Shown in pieces: positions 19,861 through 30,470 of a stretch of DNA of 64,000 bases. The translations under genes were made by a program, and so were the position numbers. Position 1 is the stretch's first letter; each line of letters opens with the position of its first letter. This stretch comes from an uncultured Gemmatimonadaceae bacterium. Its GTDB lineage: Bacteria > Gemmatimonadota > Gemmatimonadetes > Gemmatimonadales > Gemmatimonadaceae. The notes under the pieces were generated by a model. It saw only the letters and a program-made list of their open reading frames with translations, did not search any database and had not been told where the DNA came from. The stretch covers positions 1 through 64,000 of the forward strand of contig CAWJMB010000001.1 of the NCBI GenBank assembly GCA_963843845.1, given 5' to 3'.

Positions 19861-21506
19861 TCAGCGCGCGGTGAGCTCACGCCCGCGCCGCAGCACACGG
19901 CCCGCGCGCGCCGACGTCGTCCGCCCCCGCTCCACGGCGACGACGCCGTTCACGAGCACGGTCGAGATCCCCGCCGGATACTGGTGCGGGTCCTCGTAGG
20001 TCGCGCGGTCGGCGATCGACGCGGGATCGAAGACGACGAGGTCGGCCATCATCCCCGCCCGCACGAGTCCACGCGTCGTGAGGGCGAGTCGGCGCGCGGG
20101 TTGCGCCGTCATCTTGAAGATGGCCGTCTCGAGCGAGAGCACGCCGCGCTCGCGGACGTAGGTGCCCAGCACCCGCGGGAACGTGCCGTACCAGCGCGGG
20201 TGCGGCGAGCCCTCGCCGGGCTGCGACAGTCGGCCGTCCGACGCGATCATCGTCATCGGGTGGCGCATGATGCGCTCGACGTCCGCTTCGTCGAGCACGT
20301 GGTAGATCGCCGACCCGCCCCCCGCCGCATCGCCTCGATCACGAGCTCGGCGCCCGTCGCCGGGGTGGGCGCGAGGCCGCGCTGGCGCGCCCAGTCGGCG
20401 AGCGTCTTCCCTTCCAGCGACGGCATCCACGCGACTTTCGCGAGCTGCACGCGCGAGATGTCGCCGCCGCCGCGGTCGTTCATGATGAGATCGACGATGC
20501 CGCGCACGATGCTGTCGCGCAGCACCGGGTTCGCGAGTCGACGCACGAATGCGCTGTCGCCGTCGGCCTGCGCCCAGGCGGGGACGAGCACGCCGATGCC
20601 GGTGTAGGTCGCCGTGTAGGGGTACTGATCGATCATCACGTCCGTCCCCGCTCTCCGCGCCGAGTCGACCATGGCGAGCGTGGTGCGGCTCGCACCCCAC
20701 ATCGCCGCGCCGACGACTTTGTGGTGCGTGAGCACGACGGGGATCCGCCCGCGGCGCCCGATCTCGAGCGCCTCGCCGACACCGTCGAGCAGACCGAGCC
20801 CCTCTTTTCGGAGGTGCGACGTGTAGATGCCGCCCGAGTCGGACGCGGCCTGCGCGAGCGCGACGACCTCGTCGACGGTCGAGTAGGTGCCGGGGAGATA
20901 GAGCAGCCCGGTGGAGAGGCCGAACGCGCCGTCTCCCATGCCCTGCCGCACGAGGCGCCGCATCGCCTCGAGCTCCGCGGCCGTGGGCGCCCGGGCGGCC
21001 ATCCCCATCACGGCGCGCCGGATGTCGTTGTGCCCGACGAGGAAGGCGACGTTCATCCCCATGCCCGACGCCGCGGCGGAGTCGAGGTAGGGGCCCAACG
21101 GAAGCGGCGACCCGCCGTCCGGACCGCCGAGCGACGTGGTCACTCCCTGCCGCAGCTTGTTCTCGGCGCTCGGCAGGCGGAGGAGTGGGTCGAGGTGCGC
21201 GTGCAGGTCGATGAAGCCCGGCGCGACGATCTGTCCGCGGGCGTCGACGACGCGTCGGGCGGCCGACGGCGAGAGCGGCGTGGGCGACACGAGCGCGATG
21301 CGGTCGCCGCGCACGGCGACGTCGGCGCGGAACGCCGGCGCGCCGCTGCCGTCGACGACCCGGCCGCCCGCGATCAGCAGGTCGTAGGTCGCCACCTCGC
21401 GCGGCGCGCCGCGTGGAACGGCGGGAGTCGCGGGCGAACGCGCGCACGCGCTCAGGACCAGGAGCGCGCCGAACACACCGCGGCACGACGTGAACGTGGA
21501 AAGCAT
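19861..21506 (-). CDS. N-acyl-D-amino-acid deacylase family amidohydrolase, frameshift near 20320
   Basis: APGFIDLHAH, DQYPY, HPRWYGTFPRVL and ADLVVFDP motifs split over two frames at a C run. Confidence 0.9.
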
Positions 21507-21597
21507 CCGGGCAGGGGCGTGATAGGTTAGCACCAACGGTGCAGCCGCCGTCCGTCGTCGCGCAACGGAGCGACGTCCGTTCACCCGAGGAACACCG

Positions 21598-22641
21598 ATG
21601 ATCGTCCGACCGAGTCTGCCGTGGGGTCGCACCCTGACCTCCGTCGGCGGGGCGGCCGCCGCGCTCTCGGCGGCCGCACTCGCGGCGTGCCACCCCGTGC
21701 CGGCCGTCGCGCCGGGCGCGGCACCGGTTCCGCTGGGCGAGTCGCGCCAGATCGTCGACACGGCGTTCGTGCCGGCGCCGCGCGGCGCGCCGACGTACGC
21801 CGCCGGCACCGGCCCGCGCGTCGTGATCGACGAGGCGCACCGGAACTTCCACACGGCCGCGGGACGCTACCGGCCGTTCGCGCGGCTGCTCGAGACCGAC
21901 GGCTACGTGGTCTCACGCGGCCAGTCGCCGTTCGACAGCGCGTCGCTCGCCGCGGCGCGCGTCCTCGTCGTCGCGAACGCGCTCGGCGCCGGGCACGACG
22001 CGGCTGTGGGCTGGACGCTGCCCGCCGTCTCCGCGTTCACACCCGCGGAGATCGACGCCGTCGTCGCCTGGGTGCGGCGGGGCGGCGCGCTGCTGCTGAT
22101 CGCGGACCACATGCCGTTCGCCGGCGACGCAGCATCGCTCGGGTCGCGCCTGGGCGTCGAGCTGCTGAACGGCTTCGCGCTGCTCGGCGACGCGGATCCG
22201 CGCACGGGCGACTATCCGATCGTGTTCCGCCGCGGCGACGGAACGTTAGGCACACACGCCGTCACGGCCGCCGGCGCGGCGACGGCGCCGATCGACTCGG
22301 TCGAGTCGTTCACCGGCTCCGCGTTCCGGCTGCACGACGGCAATGCCTCGGCGACCGCGCTCATGACGCTGCCGCCGGCGACGCGCGTGCTGCTCCCCGA
22401 CGCGGCGTGGGTGTTCACTCCGTCCACGCGCCGTGCCGACGGGCCCGGACTCCTCCAGGGCGCCGCGTTCCCGTTCGGCCGCGGGCGCGTCGCGGTGTTC
22501 GGCGAGGCGGCGATGTTCACCGCACAGCGCAAAGGGGTCGAGCGCGTGCCGATGGGGATGAACGCGCCCGCCGCGTCCGAGAACGCCGAGTTCGTGCGAC
22601 GCGTGCTGCGGTGGCTCGCTGGGGGGGCGACCGGTTTCTGA
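21598..22641 (+). CDS. DUF4350-like lipoprotein
   Basis: LAAC lipobox; IDEAHRNFH, GGALLLIADHMPF and GRVAVFGEAAMF motifs. Confidence 0.75.
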   Translation: MIVRPSLPWGRTLTSVGGAAAALSAAALAACHPVPAVAPGAAPVPLGESRQIVDTAFVPAPRGAPTYAAGTGPRVVIDEAHRNFHTAAGRYRPFARLLETDGYVVSRGQSPFDSASLAAARVLVVANALGAGHDAAVGWTLPAVSAFTPAEIDAVVAWVRRGGALLLIADHMPFAGDAASLGSRLGVELLNGFALLGDADPRTGDYPIVFRRGDGTLGTHAVTAAGAATAPIDSVESFTGSAFRLHDGNASATALMTLPPATRVLLPDAAWVFTPSTRRADGPGLLQGAAFPFGRGRVAVFGEAAMFTAQRKGVERVPMGMNAPAASENAEFVRRVLRWLAGGATGF

Positions 22642-22645
22642 GCCG

Positions 22646-23168
22646 TCACCGCGCGCCCAACAGGAACACGAGTGGTTCGGCCACCCGCACCCGCCACGCG
22701 CGCTCGGAGCGCTCGGCGCCGGGGACGTCGCGCGTGAGCCAGTCGTCTCCGGCGACGTGGCCGGCTGCCCGCAGGGCGTCGTCGACCTGCGGCTGGTAGC
22801 GCGCGTACGACGAGTCGGGTGGGGCGGTCCCGTAGTCGAAGTAGCGGTAGCTGCGCTCGACGGACGGCTTCGACTCCTCGACCAGGAAGCGGAGATAGGC
22901 GTCCGAGCTCGCGGGGATCGCCGGACGCACCCGGCGGGCGGCGATCAGTGCCCTCATCGTCTCCTCGACGCCCCAGTCGACGCCGCCATACGAGGTCGCG
23001 GGGGCGAAGACGTTCTGCCCGTCGTGCACGGAGAGCACGGGATCGCGGGTCGTCGTGCGCCGCCAGGAGCGCCGCCGCGACGAGCGCCGCCGCGACGAGC
23101 GCCGCCGCGACGAGCGCCGCCGCGACGAGCGCGGCCGACCGACGCGGGCCGGGCGAGCCCCGCGTCAC
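22646..23168 (-). pseudogene. Internally deleted alpha/beta-hydrolase (putative esterase family)
   Basis: HDGQNVF..ATSYGGVDWGV, DAYLRFLVEE.KP, YFDYGT and PGAERSERAW blocks present; the GxSxG region is absent. Confidence 0.7.
23067..23132. repeat. 15-bp tandem repeat (GAGCGCCGCCGCGAC)x4 plus a partial copy
   Basis: Directly visible; reads (LVAAA)n on the minus strand. Confidence 0.95.
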
Positions 23169-23683
23169 AGAAACCGATGCATGATGTGCAGATCGACCTC
23201 GCCGAGCGTCGCGTGACGGAACGCGCGCGGCACCGTGCCGACGATCGCGAAGCCCATCCGCTGCCAGAGCGCGACCGCGCGCGCGTTCGTGCTGACGACG
23301 GCGTTGAACTGCATGGCACGAAAGCCGAGCGTGCGCGCCTCGCCCAACGAGTGCGCGCACATCGCGCCGCCGACGCCGCGACCGAACGCGTGTGGCCGCA
23401 CCATGTAGCCGGCGTTCACGACGTGCGAGCCGTGCCCGGGCTGGTTCACGCGCATCGCGTACGTGCCGACGATCTCGCCGTCGGCCTCGGCGACGTAGGT
23501 CCAGAGCCCGGGGCCGGTCCACGTGCGTCGCGCGTCCGCCTCCGGCGTGTCGGGCGGGTACATGTACGTGTCGCCGGTCGCGACGACGGCGGAGAAGATC
23601 GACCAGATCGCCGGCCAGTCGTCGGCGGTCGCGGCGCGGATGCGGAGCGCGGACTCGCGCGGCGTGGGGGCGTCGTCAGGCAC
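23165..23683 (-). CDS. GNAT family N-acetyltransferase
   Basis: NQPGHGSHVVNAGYMV...GRGVG...MQFNAVVSTN..AV.LW. Confidence 0.92.
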   Translation of the reverse strand: MPDDAPTPRESALRIRAATADDWPAIWSIFSAVVATGDTYMYPPDTPEADARRTWTGPGLWTYVAEADGEIVGTYAMRVNQPGHGSHVVNAGYMVRPHAFGRGVGGAMCAHSLGEARTLGFRAMQFNAVVSTNARAVALWQRMGFAIVGTVPRAFRHATLGEVDLHIMHRFL

Positions 23684-23728
23684 GTGAGCGGCGGCAGGTG
23701 AGTGAGTGAGCGCGTGCGTGCGGCGACG

Positions 23729-24727
23729 TCAGGCGCGCGCCGCGAGGTCCCACAGATAGCTCGCGTAGTAGATCGGCGCGTGATCGGTCATGCGGTCGGC
23801 CGGCGTGCGGTCGAGGAGCCACGCGATCCGCTCGCCGCGCGGCCGCCGCAGCAGGTCGCGGAGCTCGCTCACCCCCGGCGGCGCGGCGAGCCAGTCGCCG
23901 AGCGCGAGGTGCGGGATCGCGCGCTCGAGCGCGGCACCGTTCGCGGTCATGAAGTACGGCTCGCCGACCGGCACGTACGACGGCAGGGCGCCGCCGGGGA
24001 AGAGCGTCGGCAGCTGCAACGGGACGCGCGCGACGACGTCGTGGTGGTGCGCGACGCGGTACGTCGGGATGCGCCGCGCCGCGTAGCGCTCGGCGAACGC
24101 CGCGTCGCCGACGGACGGCGAGCCGAACGTGTAGACGCCCGCGACGCGCCCGCCGCCGAGCACGTGGCGATCGGCGGCCAGCGTCGCGAGCGCGGCGCCG
24201 AGGCTGTGGCCGGTGAACCAGACGGAGCGCGGCGGCGCCTGAGACCGCAGCGCTCCGAGGTGCGCCGCGACGTCGCCCCACACCTGCTCGAACGCCGCCG
24301 CGAACCCCCGGTGCACGCGTCCCCCGCCCGCGTGCGGCGTGAGGCGCACCGCGGCGTCGGCGGCGACGTCACGGAGCACGCGGCGCAGCTTCGTCGTCCA
24401 CGCGCCGAGGTCGCGGCGGCCCACCTGCTCGGTGCCGCGGAACGCGACGACGATCGCGTCGTCGCGGTGCGCGATGTAGCACTGTGTGCTGTACACGTCG
24501 GGGCGCGCGTGGCCGTACGCGGCGACGGCGTCCATCCCGCCCGCGCCGCGGAACGTCGCGTCGGCGAACGGCGCCTCGGAGTACGCGAGCATCGCGGCGT
24601 CGGCCATCCACGCCGCGTTCGTGAGCGAGAACACCGCCGCGCGCGCGTCGAGCGGCCCGCGGAAGTAGCGCACCCCCGCCTCGTTCGGCGGCGCGAGGTC
24701 GGCGAGCGTCGGGCGCGGCGCGCTCAC
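23729..24727 (-). CDS. Class 3 lipase family protein
   Basis: VAFRGT, VHRGF, TGHSLG, YTFGSP and DVV..VP motifs. Confidence 0.9.
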   Translation of the reverse strand: MSAPRPTLADLAPPNEAGVRYFRGPLDARAAVFSLTNAAWMADAAMLAYSEAPFADATFRGAGGMDAVAAYGHARPDVYSTQCYIAHRDDAIVVAFRGTEQVGRRDLGAWTTKLRRVLRDVAADAAVRLTPHAGGGRVHRGFAAAFEQVWGDVAAHLGALRSQAPPRSVWFTGHSLGAALATLAADRHVLGGGRVAGVYTFGSPSVGDAAFAERYAARRIPTYRVAHHHDVVARVPLQLPTLFPGGALPSYVPVGEPYFMTANGAALERAIPHLALGDWLAAPPGVSELRDLLRRPRGERIAWLLDRTPADRMTDHAPIYYASYLWDLAARA

Positions 24728-27166
24728 GGCCGCAGCACCACGCGCTCCTCGGCGGCGCGGTCGACGGCGGCGCGCGTGTAGGGCACGCGGAAGTAGCGCC
24801 CCTCGGCCCACGGCGCGAACAGGTCGCGGTAGTGCGGCGAGCGCGGGTCGCCGCTCTGACCGGGCGTGTTGGTGCCGAACGACGCGTCCCAGTCCGCCAG
24901 GTCGGCGACGAGGCGGAAGCTCGCGCCGTGCGTCTGGTTGTCGGTGTTGCCGGTCGCGTTCACCGTGTTCGCGTAGCCGCCGCGCGGCGCCGGTCCGACG
25001 TCGTACGTCGCGCGCTCGCCGGCGGATCGAGCGCCGCGCCCAACGGGTGGCGGATGAGCGCGTGGTGATTCGCCGGCTGGCCGTACCGCCATCCGCCCGG
25101 ATCGGCGCCGAACCGTCGCTGCAGCTCGCGCACGGCGTCGGTGAGCGTGCTCGCGAGCAGCGCGTCGCGCTCGGCGGTCGCGTCGCCGGCGAACAGTGCG
25201 GGCGGCGCGGCCGGCGGGCGGCTCATCCACTCGACCACGCGGGTGCAGGCTGACCGAGCGCAGGTACGGACGCGCCGCCTCGGGAACGACCGCGCCGCGC
25301 GACCTGCGCGCTCAGCAGCGCCGCTCCCACGCGACGTACACCGCCGCCGGCGCGCTCGCCGCCGAGAGCCGGAAGTCCCAGGCGAGCAGCGCGTCGCGCG
25401 CCTAGCGCGCCGCGGCATCGGCCGGCGCCACCCCGCGCAGCAGCGGCACGAGCGCGCGCGCGGGAAGCGAGAGCTCGTCGTGCTGCAGCGCGGCCATGTC
25501 GGCCGCCGTCGCGCTTCGGCGTGGTGCCGAGCACCTCGCGGATGCGTGTGACGCGCCACGGGTCGGCCCAGCTGCCGCGCGCGACGGCGTCGACGTCGCG
25601 CGTAGCCCGCGGGGACGTTGTTCTCGTTCGCCGTCGCGATGAAGCCGGCGGGCGGGTTCGACGACGTGCGGCAGCCGGACGACCGGGAGGAAGCCTCGCC
25701 CACTCGTAGCGGCCGTCGCCCGGGCACGGGGACGCAGCCCGCTCCACCCGCGGCGCACCGGCGCGATGCCCGCCGCCTGCCAGCCGATCGTGCCCCCCGT
25801 GTCCGCCCAGATCAGGTTCTCCGCCGGCATGAGGTGCCGTGCCGCGCCGGCCCGGAACTCCGCCCACGTGCGCGCCTGGTCGAGGCGCAGGCTCGCGAGG
25901 TAGGGCGCCGTGCCCGGCTCGAGCCACGCCGCGCGGAGCGCGTAGGCGAGGTGCCGCGCGGTGTCCTCCCAGAGCACCGGTCCGTGTCCGCGTGAAGCGC
26001 AGCGCGACCGGCGGCCGGCGCGGCGCCGCGCACGCGCACCGTGTCGCGCAGCTCGCGCATCGCTCCCACGCGCCGCGCGTAGCGGTAGCGCGGCAGGATC
26101 GGCCGGGGTCGGTGCGGTAGACGTAGACGTCCTCGACGTCGATGCCGAAGATCGTGAGCCCCCACGCGCCGTGCGCGTTGTGCCCGACCGACACGCCCGG
26201 CAGCGCCGGCTCGCCCGCGCCGACGACGTCCCACCCGGCGCGCTTGAGGTGAACCCAGTAGCGGAGCGACGGCACCTGGATGGTGCGGTGCGGGTCGTTC
26301 GCGAGCAGCGGCTTCCCGGTCGCCGTGCGCGCGCCGGAGACGACCCAGTTGTTCGAGCCGTCGAGCTGCCTGTCGTCCGGGTCGTTCGGCGCGGGCGCGG
26401 GCGCCGACGCCGTCGTCAGCTCGCCGGCGACGAACGCGAGCGGCGCGCGCCACGCCCGGTACGGTGCGAGCACCGAGTCGCTCAGCGCCGCGACGTCGAC
26501 CGCGCGGGTCGCGCGCGAGAGCACGACCGGGTCGGGCTCGAACTTCCCGACGGCGCGCACGCCCTCGGCGCCCATGACGCGCACGGCGCGCGCGAGATCC
26601 AGCTCCTGCTCGGCGTTGCCGGCGAGCGCGTTGTGGCGCGACACGACGACGGCCGGCGTCCACCGGCCGGGCGTGATGCCGAGCCGCCGCAGCTCGGGCG
26701 GGAGGAGCGACGAGTCGCGTGCGACCTGCGCGACGCGCGCGTTCACGCCGTCGACGAACGCCTGCACGATCGCGGCGCCGCGCGGGTGGTAGTGCGCGAG
26801 CTCGCGCCGCATGTCGCCGCGGTACGCGAACAGCCGCGCCGCGCGGTCGCGTGCCGCCCACCGGGGGCCCAGCGCTTCGGCCATCGTGCCGGTGGCCTGG
26901 CGGCGCCACAGCTCGAGCTGGAAGAGCCGGTCGCGCGCGGCGTTCCATCCCTGCGCGAAGAAGAGGTCGTGCTCGTCGCGCGCGCGGATGTGGGCGATGC
27001 CGTTCGAGTCGCGCACGATCTCGACCGGGCCGTGCAGCCCCGGTGCGCGAAGCGTGTCGGCGCGTTGCGCGCGGGCGGGCGTCGCGCCGAGCGAGGCGAG
27101 TACGCCGAGCGAGGCGACCGCAGCGGTCGCCGCGGCCGCGAGGGTCGGGAGGGAACGCGTCGTCAT
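24724..27166 (-). CDS. Penicillin acylase family (S45) Ntn-hydrolase; several frameshifts and one in-frame TAG (25402)
   Basis: FFAQGW...DRLFQLE, GSNNWVV...LLANDPH and PGQSGDPRSPHY motifs spread over several frames. Confidence 0.88.
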
Positions 27167-27198
27167 CCCCCGAATGTGACGCGCGGCGCCCGCGGCGG

Positions 27199-28368
27199 CT
27201 ATCGCTCCCAGTTGTCGACCGCGTCGTCGTAGGCGACCCACCGGGGGACGCGCTGCACGAGCCGCGTCGCGAGCGCGACGACGAACGGCTCGTAGGTGGC
27301 GCGGATCGCGTCGAGCCGGCGGCGCGCATCGAGGTCACCGAGGGCGAGCCCGACCTCGTCGAGGCGCGCGCACAGGCGATCGAACGCCACCGGCGGCAGC
27401 CGCTCGGAGGGCGGGGGGCCGTCCGCGTCGCCGGCCGCCTCGGGGCCGAGATGCAGCGCACGCGACATCTCCACCATGGCGAGCCGCGCGGTGGCGAACG
27501 TCATGCGCCCCTGGAAGGTCGGTAGTGCGGCGGCGACGCCGGCACCGCGCGCGGCGTGGTCGGGCGTGCCATCCAGCGCGCCGTCGGACGCAGCCGCAAC
27601 GCGCGGGACGTCGCGCAGGCCGACTGTGAGCAGGGCGCAGCCGTCGAGCACCGCCGTGAGCGCGGCGAGCCAGCTCTCGTTGTCGTGCTGCGAGCGGTAG
27701 TACGCGAGCATCGGGTACGACAGGTGGCTCTCGAGAAGCTCGGCGGCCCAGCGCTCGCACTCGACGAGCAGGTCGCCGAGCGAGGCGAGGCCCGCGGCCG
27801 AGTCAGCGTGCCGCGCGAGCAACTCGGCGGCCGTGGGCGGTGAGCCGGCGCGGGCGTCGAGGCGGATGACGAACGCCTCGCGCCGGGAGAAGAGCTGGTA
27901 GAGCACGGGGAGGTAGCCGATGACGATCGCGATGATGCCGAAGCCGATGCCGGCCTCGCACACGGAGAGCGCGCGGCCCGCCCGCGTCGGCGCCGTGACG
28001 TCGCCGTAGCCGAGGGTGAAGAAGGTCTCGCCGCTGAAGTAGAGCTGCGTGAAGAGCGAGCGCGCGCCGCCGGCGAGCGCCCACTGCACGAGCGCGAAGC
28101 CGACGATGAGCGAGGCGAACCAGACGGCGAACAGCCCGATCATCGACAGCGGCCCGTACAGGCTGAGGAACGTGCCTCGTGCCTCACGCCCACGAAGGCG
28201 GCCGGCGATGGCCGTCCACACGTTCCACGTCGTGCGGAAGTAGCCGCGCACGAAGCGCAGCCGGCGGTGGACGCGGCGAGGCAGCAGCATGACCTCGAAG
28301 GCGTCGACGAGCGTCGCCACGACGAGACCGGCGCCGAGCGACCCGACGAGCACGAGAGTCGCGTTCAT
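27199..28368 (-). CDS. Potassium channel family protein (two-TM pore domain plus C-terminal domain)
   Basis: YFSGETFFTLGYGD selectivity filter; ESHLSYPMLAYYRSQH. Confidence 0.9.
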   Translation of the reverse strand: MNATLVLVGSLGAGLVVATLVDAFEVMLLPRRVHRRLRFVRGYFRTTWNVWTAIAGRLRGREARGTFLSLYGPLSMIGLFAVWFASLIVGFALVQWALAGGARSLFTQLYFSGETFFTLGYGDVTAPTRAGRALSVCEAGIGFGIIAIVIGYLPVLYQLFSRREAFVIRLDARAGSPPTAAELLARHADSAAGLASLGDLLVECERWAAELLESHLSYPMLAYYRSQHDNESWLAALTAVLDGCALLTVGLRDVPRVAAASDGALDGTPDHAARGAGVAAALPTFQGRMTFATARLAMVEMSRALHLGPEAAGDADGPPPSERLPPVAFDRLCARLDEVGLALGDLDARRRLDAIRATYEPFVVALATRLVQRVPRWVAYDDAVDNWER

Positions 28369-28429
28369 GACGGCAATGCTACCGCGACGGCCGCGCGCGG
28401 ACGACCCGACGAGCACCCGGAATCGAACC

Positions 28430-28702
28430 ATGTCCCGAGCATTTCTCCGAGACGACGCCGAAGGCGAGAAGCCGTTCCGCGACTACGCGCTCCCCGACCG
28501 CGACGACCCCGACTTCGACCGCATCGCTGCGAGCGCGCTGCTCGAGGCGGCGCGGGTCGGTGAGACCGAGCTGGCCGAGCGCGCGACGGGATACTACTGG
28601 GGCGAACCGCGGCTCCGGCCGTACGTCGAGCGCATGCGCGACGAGGCGGAGCGCGCGGGCGACGAGCGGCTCGAGCAGGTGGCGCGGCGCTTTCTGCGGT
28701 AG
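28430..28702 (+). CDS. Small hypothetical protein (90 aa)
   Basis: Charged helical ORF starting MSRAFLRDD; strong GC3 bias. Confidence 0.7.
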   Translation: MSRAFLRDDAEGEKPFRDYALPDRDDPDFDRIAASALLEAARVGETELAERATGYYWGEPRLRPYVERMRDEAERAGDERLEQVARRFLR

Positions 28703-28730
28703 CGGGGCACGTCGTACGGGCCCGGGCCCG

Positions 28731-28768
28731 CAACACGCGTTGACAACACACGTTGCCGACGACACATT
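28731..28768 (+). promoter_or_regulatory. marR promoter with tandem quasi-palindromes (candidate operator)
   Basis: CAACACGCGTTG-A-CAACACACGTTG overlapping TTGACA (28740-28745), 17-bp spacer, CACATT (28763-28768). Confidence 0.6.
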
Positions 28769-28774
28769 CCGTGC

Positions 28775-29227
28775 GTGTCCAGCGCCGCGCGTATCCGCCA
28801 GCCCGCCGTCGACGGCGCCGCCGACCGGGCGGTGGTCAGTCTGCTCGTCGCGGCCGGGGTGTGCACGCAGCGACTCGACGCACGGTGCCGCGAGCACGGG
28901 ATCACGCTCGACCAGTACAACGTGTTGCGCATCCTGCGCGGCGCCGGCACGTGCGGCCGCGCGCGGTGCGAGATCGCCGAGCGCCTGATCAGCCGCGCCC
29001 CCGACGTCACGCGGCTGCTGGACCGTCTCGAGCGGCACGGCCTCATCACGCGCTGCGTCGGCGCCGAGAACCGGCGCTACTCGGTCGCGACGATCACCGA
29101 CGACGGGCTGCGGCGGCTCGACGCGCTCGACCCCGAGATCCGCGCGATCCAGCGCGAGCTGACCGCCGGCCTCTCGGCGGAGGAGCTCACGACGCTCGCC
29201 GGCCTGTGTGAGGCGATCGTGCGGTAG
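28775..29227 (+). CDS. MarR family transcriptional regulator
   Basis: GITLDQYNVLRILRGA...EIAERLI..APDVTRLLDRLE..GLI.R. Confidence 0.93.
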   Translation: MSSAARIRQPAVDGAADRAVVSLLVAAGVCTQRLDARCREHGITLDQYNVLRILRGAGTCGRARCEIAERLISRAPDVTRLLDRLERHGLITRCVGAENRRYSVATITDDGLRRLDALDPEIRAIQRELTAGLSAEELTTLAGLCEAIVR

Positions 29228-29282
29228 CGCGTGCCGCCGTCACCCCGGCGGGCACCAGCCCGCCTTCTTCTTTGGCCCATCA

Positions 29283-29313
29283 CGTGTTGTGCACACGTTT
29301 AGTCCACAACACG
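29283..29313. promoter_or_regulatory. Inverted repeat CGTGTTGTG-N13-CACAACACG upstream of the alkene reductase
   Basis: Perfect 9-bp arms; shares CAACACG with the marR upstream repeats. Confidence 0.55.
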
Positions 29314-29334
29314 CTACATACACGAGGATCCGCG

Positions 29335-30411
29335 ATGTCTCGCTCTCCGCTCTCCACTCCCGTCACACTCGGCGCGCTGTCGCTCCCGAACCGCGTCGTC
29401 ATGGCACCGATGACGCGCAATCGTGCCACCGGCGACGGCGTCCCGACGCCGATCATGGCGACCTACTACGCCCAGCGCGCCTCCGCCGGGTTGATCGTCG
29501 CCGAGATGGCGCCGGTCGCGGCGACCGGCGTCGCGTACCCGATGACGCCCGGCATCTACACCGACGCGCAGACCGACGGATGGCGCCACGTGACCGATGC
29601 CGTGCACGCGGCCGGCGGCCGCATCCTGCTCCAGATCGCGCACGGCGGCCGCATCTCGCATCCGGCACTCCAGCCGAACGGCGAGACGCCCGTCGCACCC
29701 TCCGCGATCCGGCCGGACGGCAGCGTGTTCACGCCGCAGGGCCCGCAGCCGTTCGTGACGCCGCGTGCGCTCGAGGTACGCGAGATCGCCGCGATCGTCG
29801 CCGAGTTCGCCGACGGCGCGCGGCGCGCGCGCGACGCCGGCTTCGACGGCATCGAGCTGCACGCCGCGAACGGCTACCTCATCGACCAGTTCCTGCGCGA
29901 CGGCGCGAACGATCGCACCGACGCCTACGGCGGCTCGGCCGAGCGGCGGGCGCGGATGCTCGTCGAGATCGTCGAGGCCGTGAGCGCGGCGTGGTCGGCC
30001 GACCGCGTCGGGGTGCGGGTGTCGCCGTTCAACGCGTTCAACAGCATGTCGGACAGCGACCCGGTCGCGACCTTCACCACCGTGGCGTCGCTGCTCGACG
30101 GGCGCGGCCTCGCGTACCTCCACGTGGTCGAGCCGGTCGCGGCCGACGGCACCGCGCGCCTCACGCCGGAGCTCCGCCGGCACTTCTCGGGACCCGTGCT
30201 CGTCAACGGGGGCTACGACGCGACGACGGCCGACGCGGCGATCGCGCGCGGCGAGGGGGACGCGGTGTCGTTCGGCGTGCCCTTCATCGGCAACCCCGAC
30301 CTCGCCCACCGCCTCGCGCTCGCCGCACCGCTCCGTCCCGCCGACCCCTCGACGTTCTACGCCGGCGGCGAACGCGGCTACACCGACTACGCGGCGCTCG
30401 CCGCCGCGTGA
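29335..30411 (+). CDS. Old Yellow Enzyme / NemA-like alkene reductase
   Basis: NRVVMAPMTR, YYAQRAS, GFDGIELHAANGYLIDQFL and GYTDY motifs. Confidence 0.95.
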   Translation: MSRSPLSTPVTLGALSLPNRVVMAPMTRNRATGDGVPTPIMATYYAQRASAGLIVAEMAPVAATGVAYPMTPGIYTDAQTDGWRHVTDAVHAAGGRILLQIAHGGRISHPALQPNGETPVAPSAIRPDGSVFTPQGPQPFVTPRALEVREIAAIVAEFADGARRARDAGFDGIELHAANGYLIDQFLRDGANDRTDAYGGSAERRARMLVEIVEAVSAAWSADRVGVRVSPFNAFNSMSDSDPVATFTTVASLLDGRGLAYLHVVEPVAADGTARLTPELRRHFSGPVLVNGGYDATTADAAIARGEGDAVSFGVPFIGNPDLAHRLALAAPLRPADPSTFYAGGERGYTDYAALAAA

Positions 30412-30424
30412 CCAGTCAGGGCCA

Positions 30425-30449
30425 CGCGTGACGGCCACGCCGTCACGCG
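30425..30449. terminator. Hairpin between convergent genes
   Basis: CGCGTGACGGC-CAC-GCCGTCACGCG, 11-bp stem. Confidence 0.55.
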
Positions 30450-30470
30450 CGGGCCGTCACGCGCGCGCCG

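Noticed and set aside
1064..23132. Short tandem repeats as CRISPR arrays
   Set aside because: Units are 10-15 bp with no spacers, and there are no cas genes.
3955..25404. TAG reassignment or pyrrolysine, from in-frame TAGs at 3955 and 25402
   Set aside because: TAG is the normal stop of many genes here, such as marR, the Rid gene and yceI, and the second case lies in an error-rich stretch.
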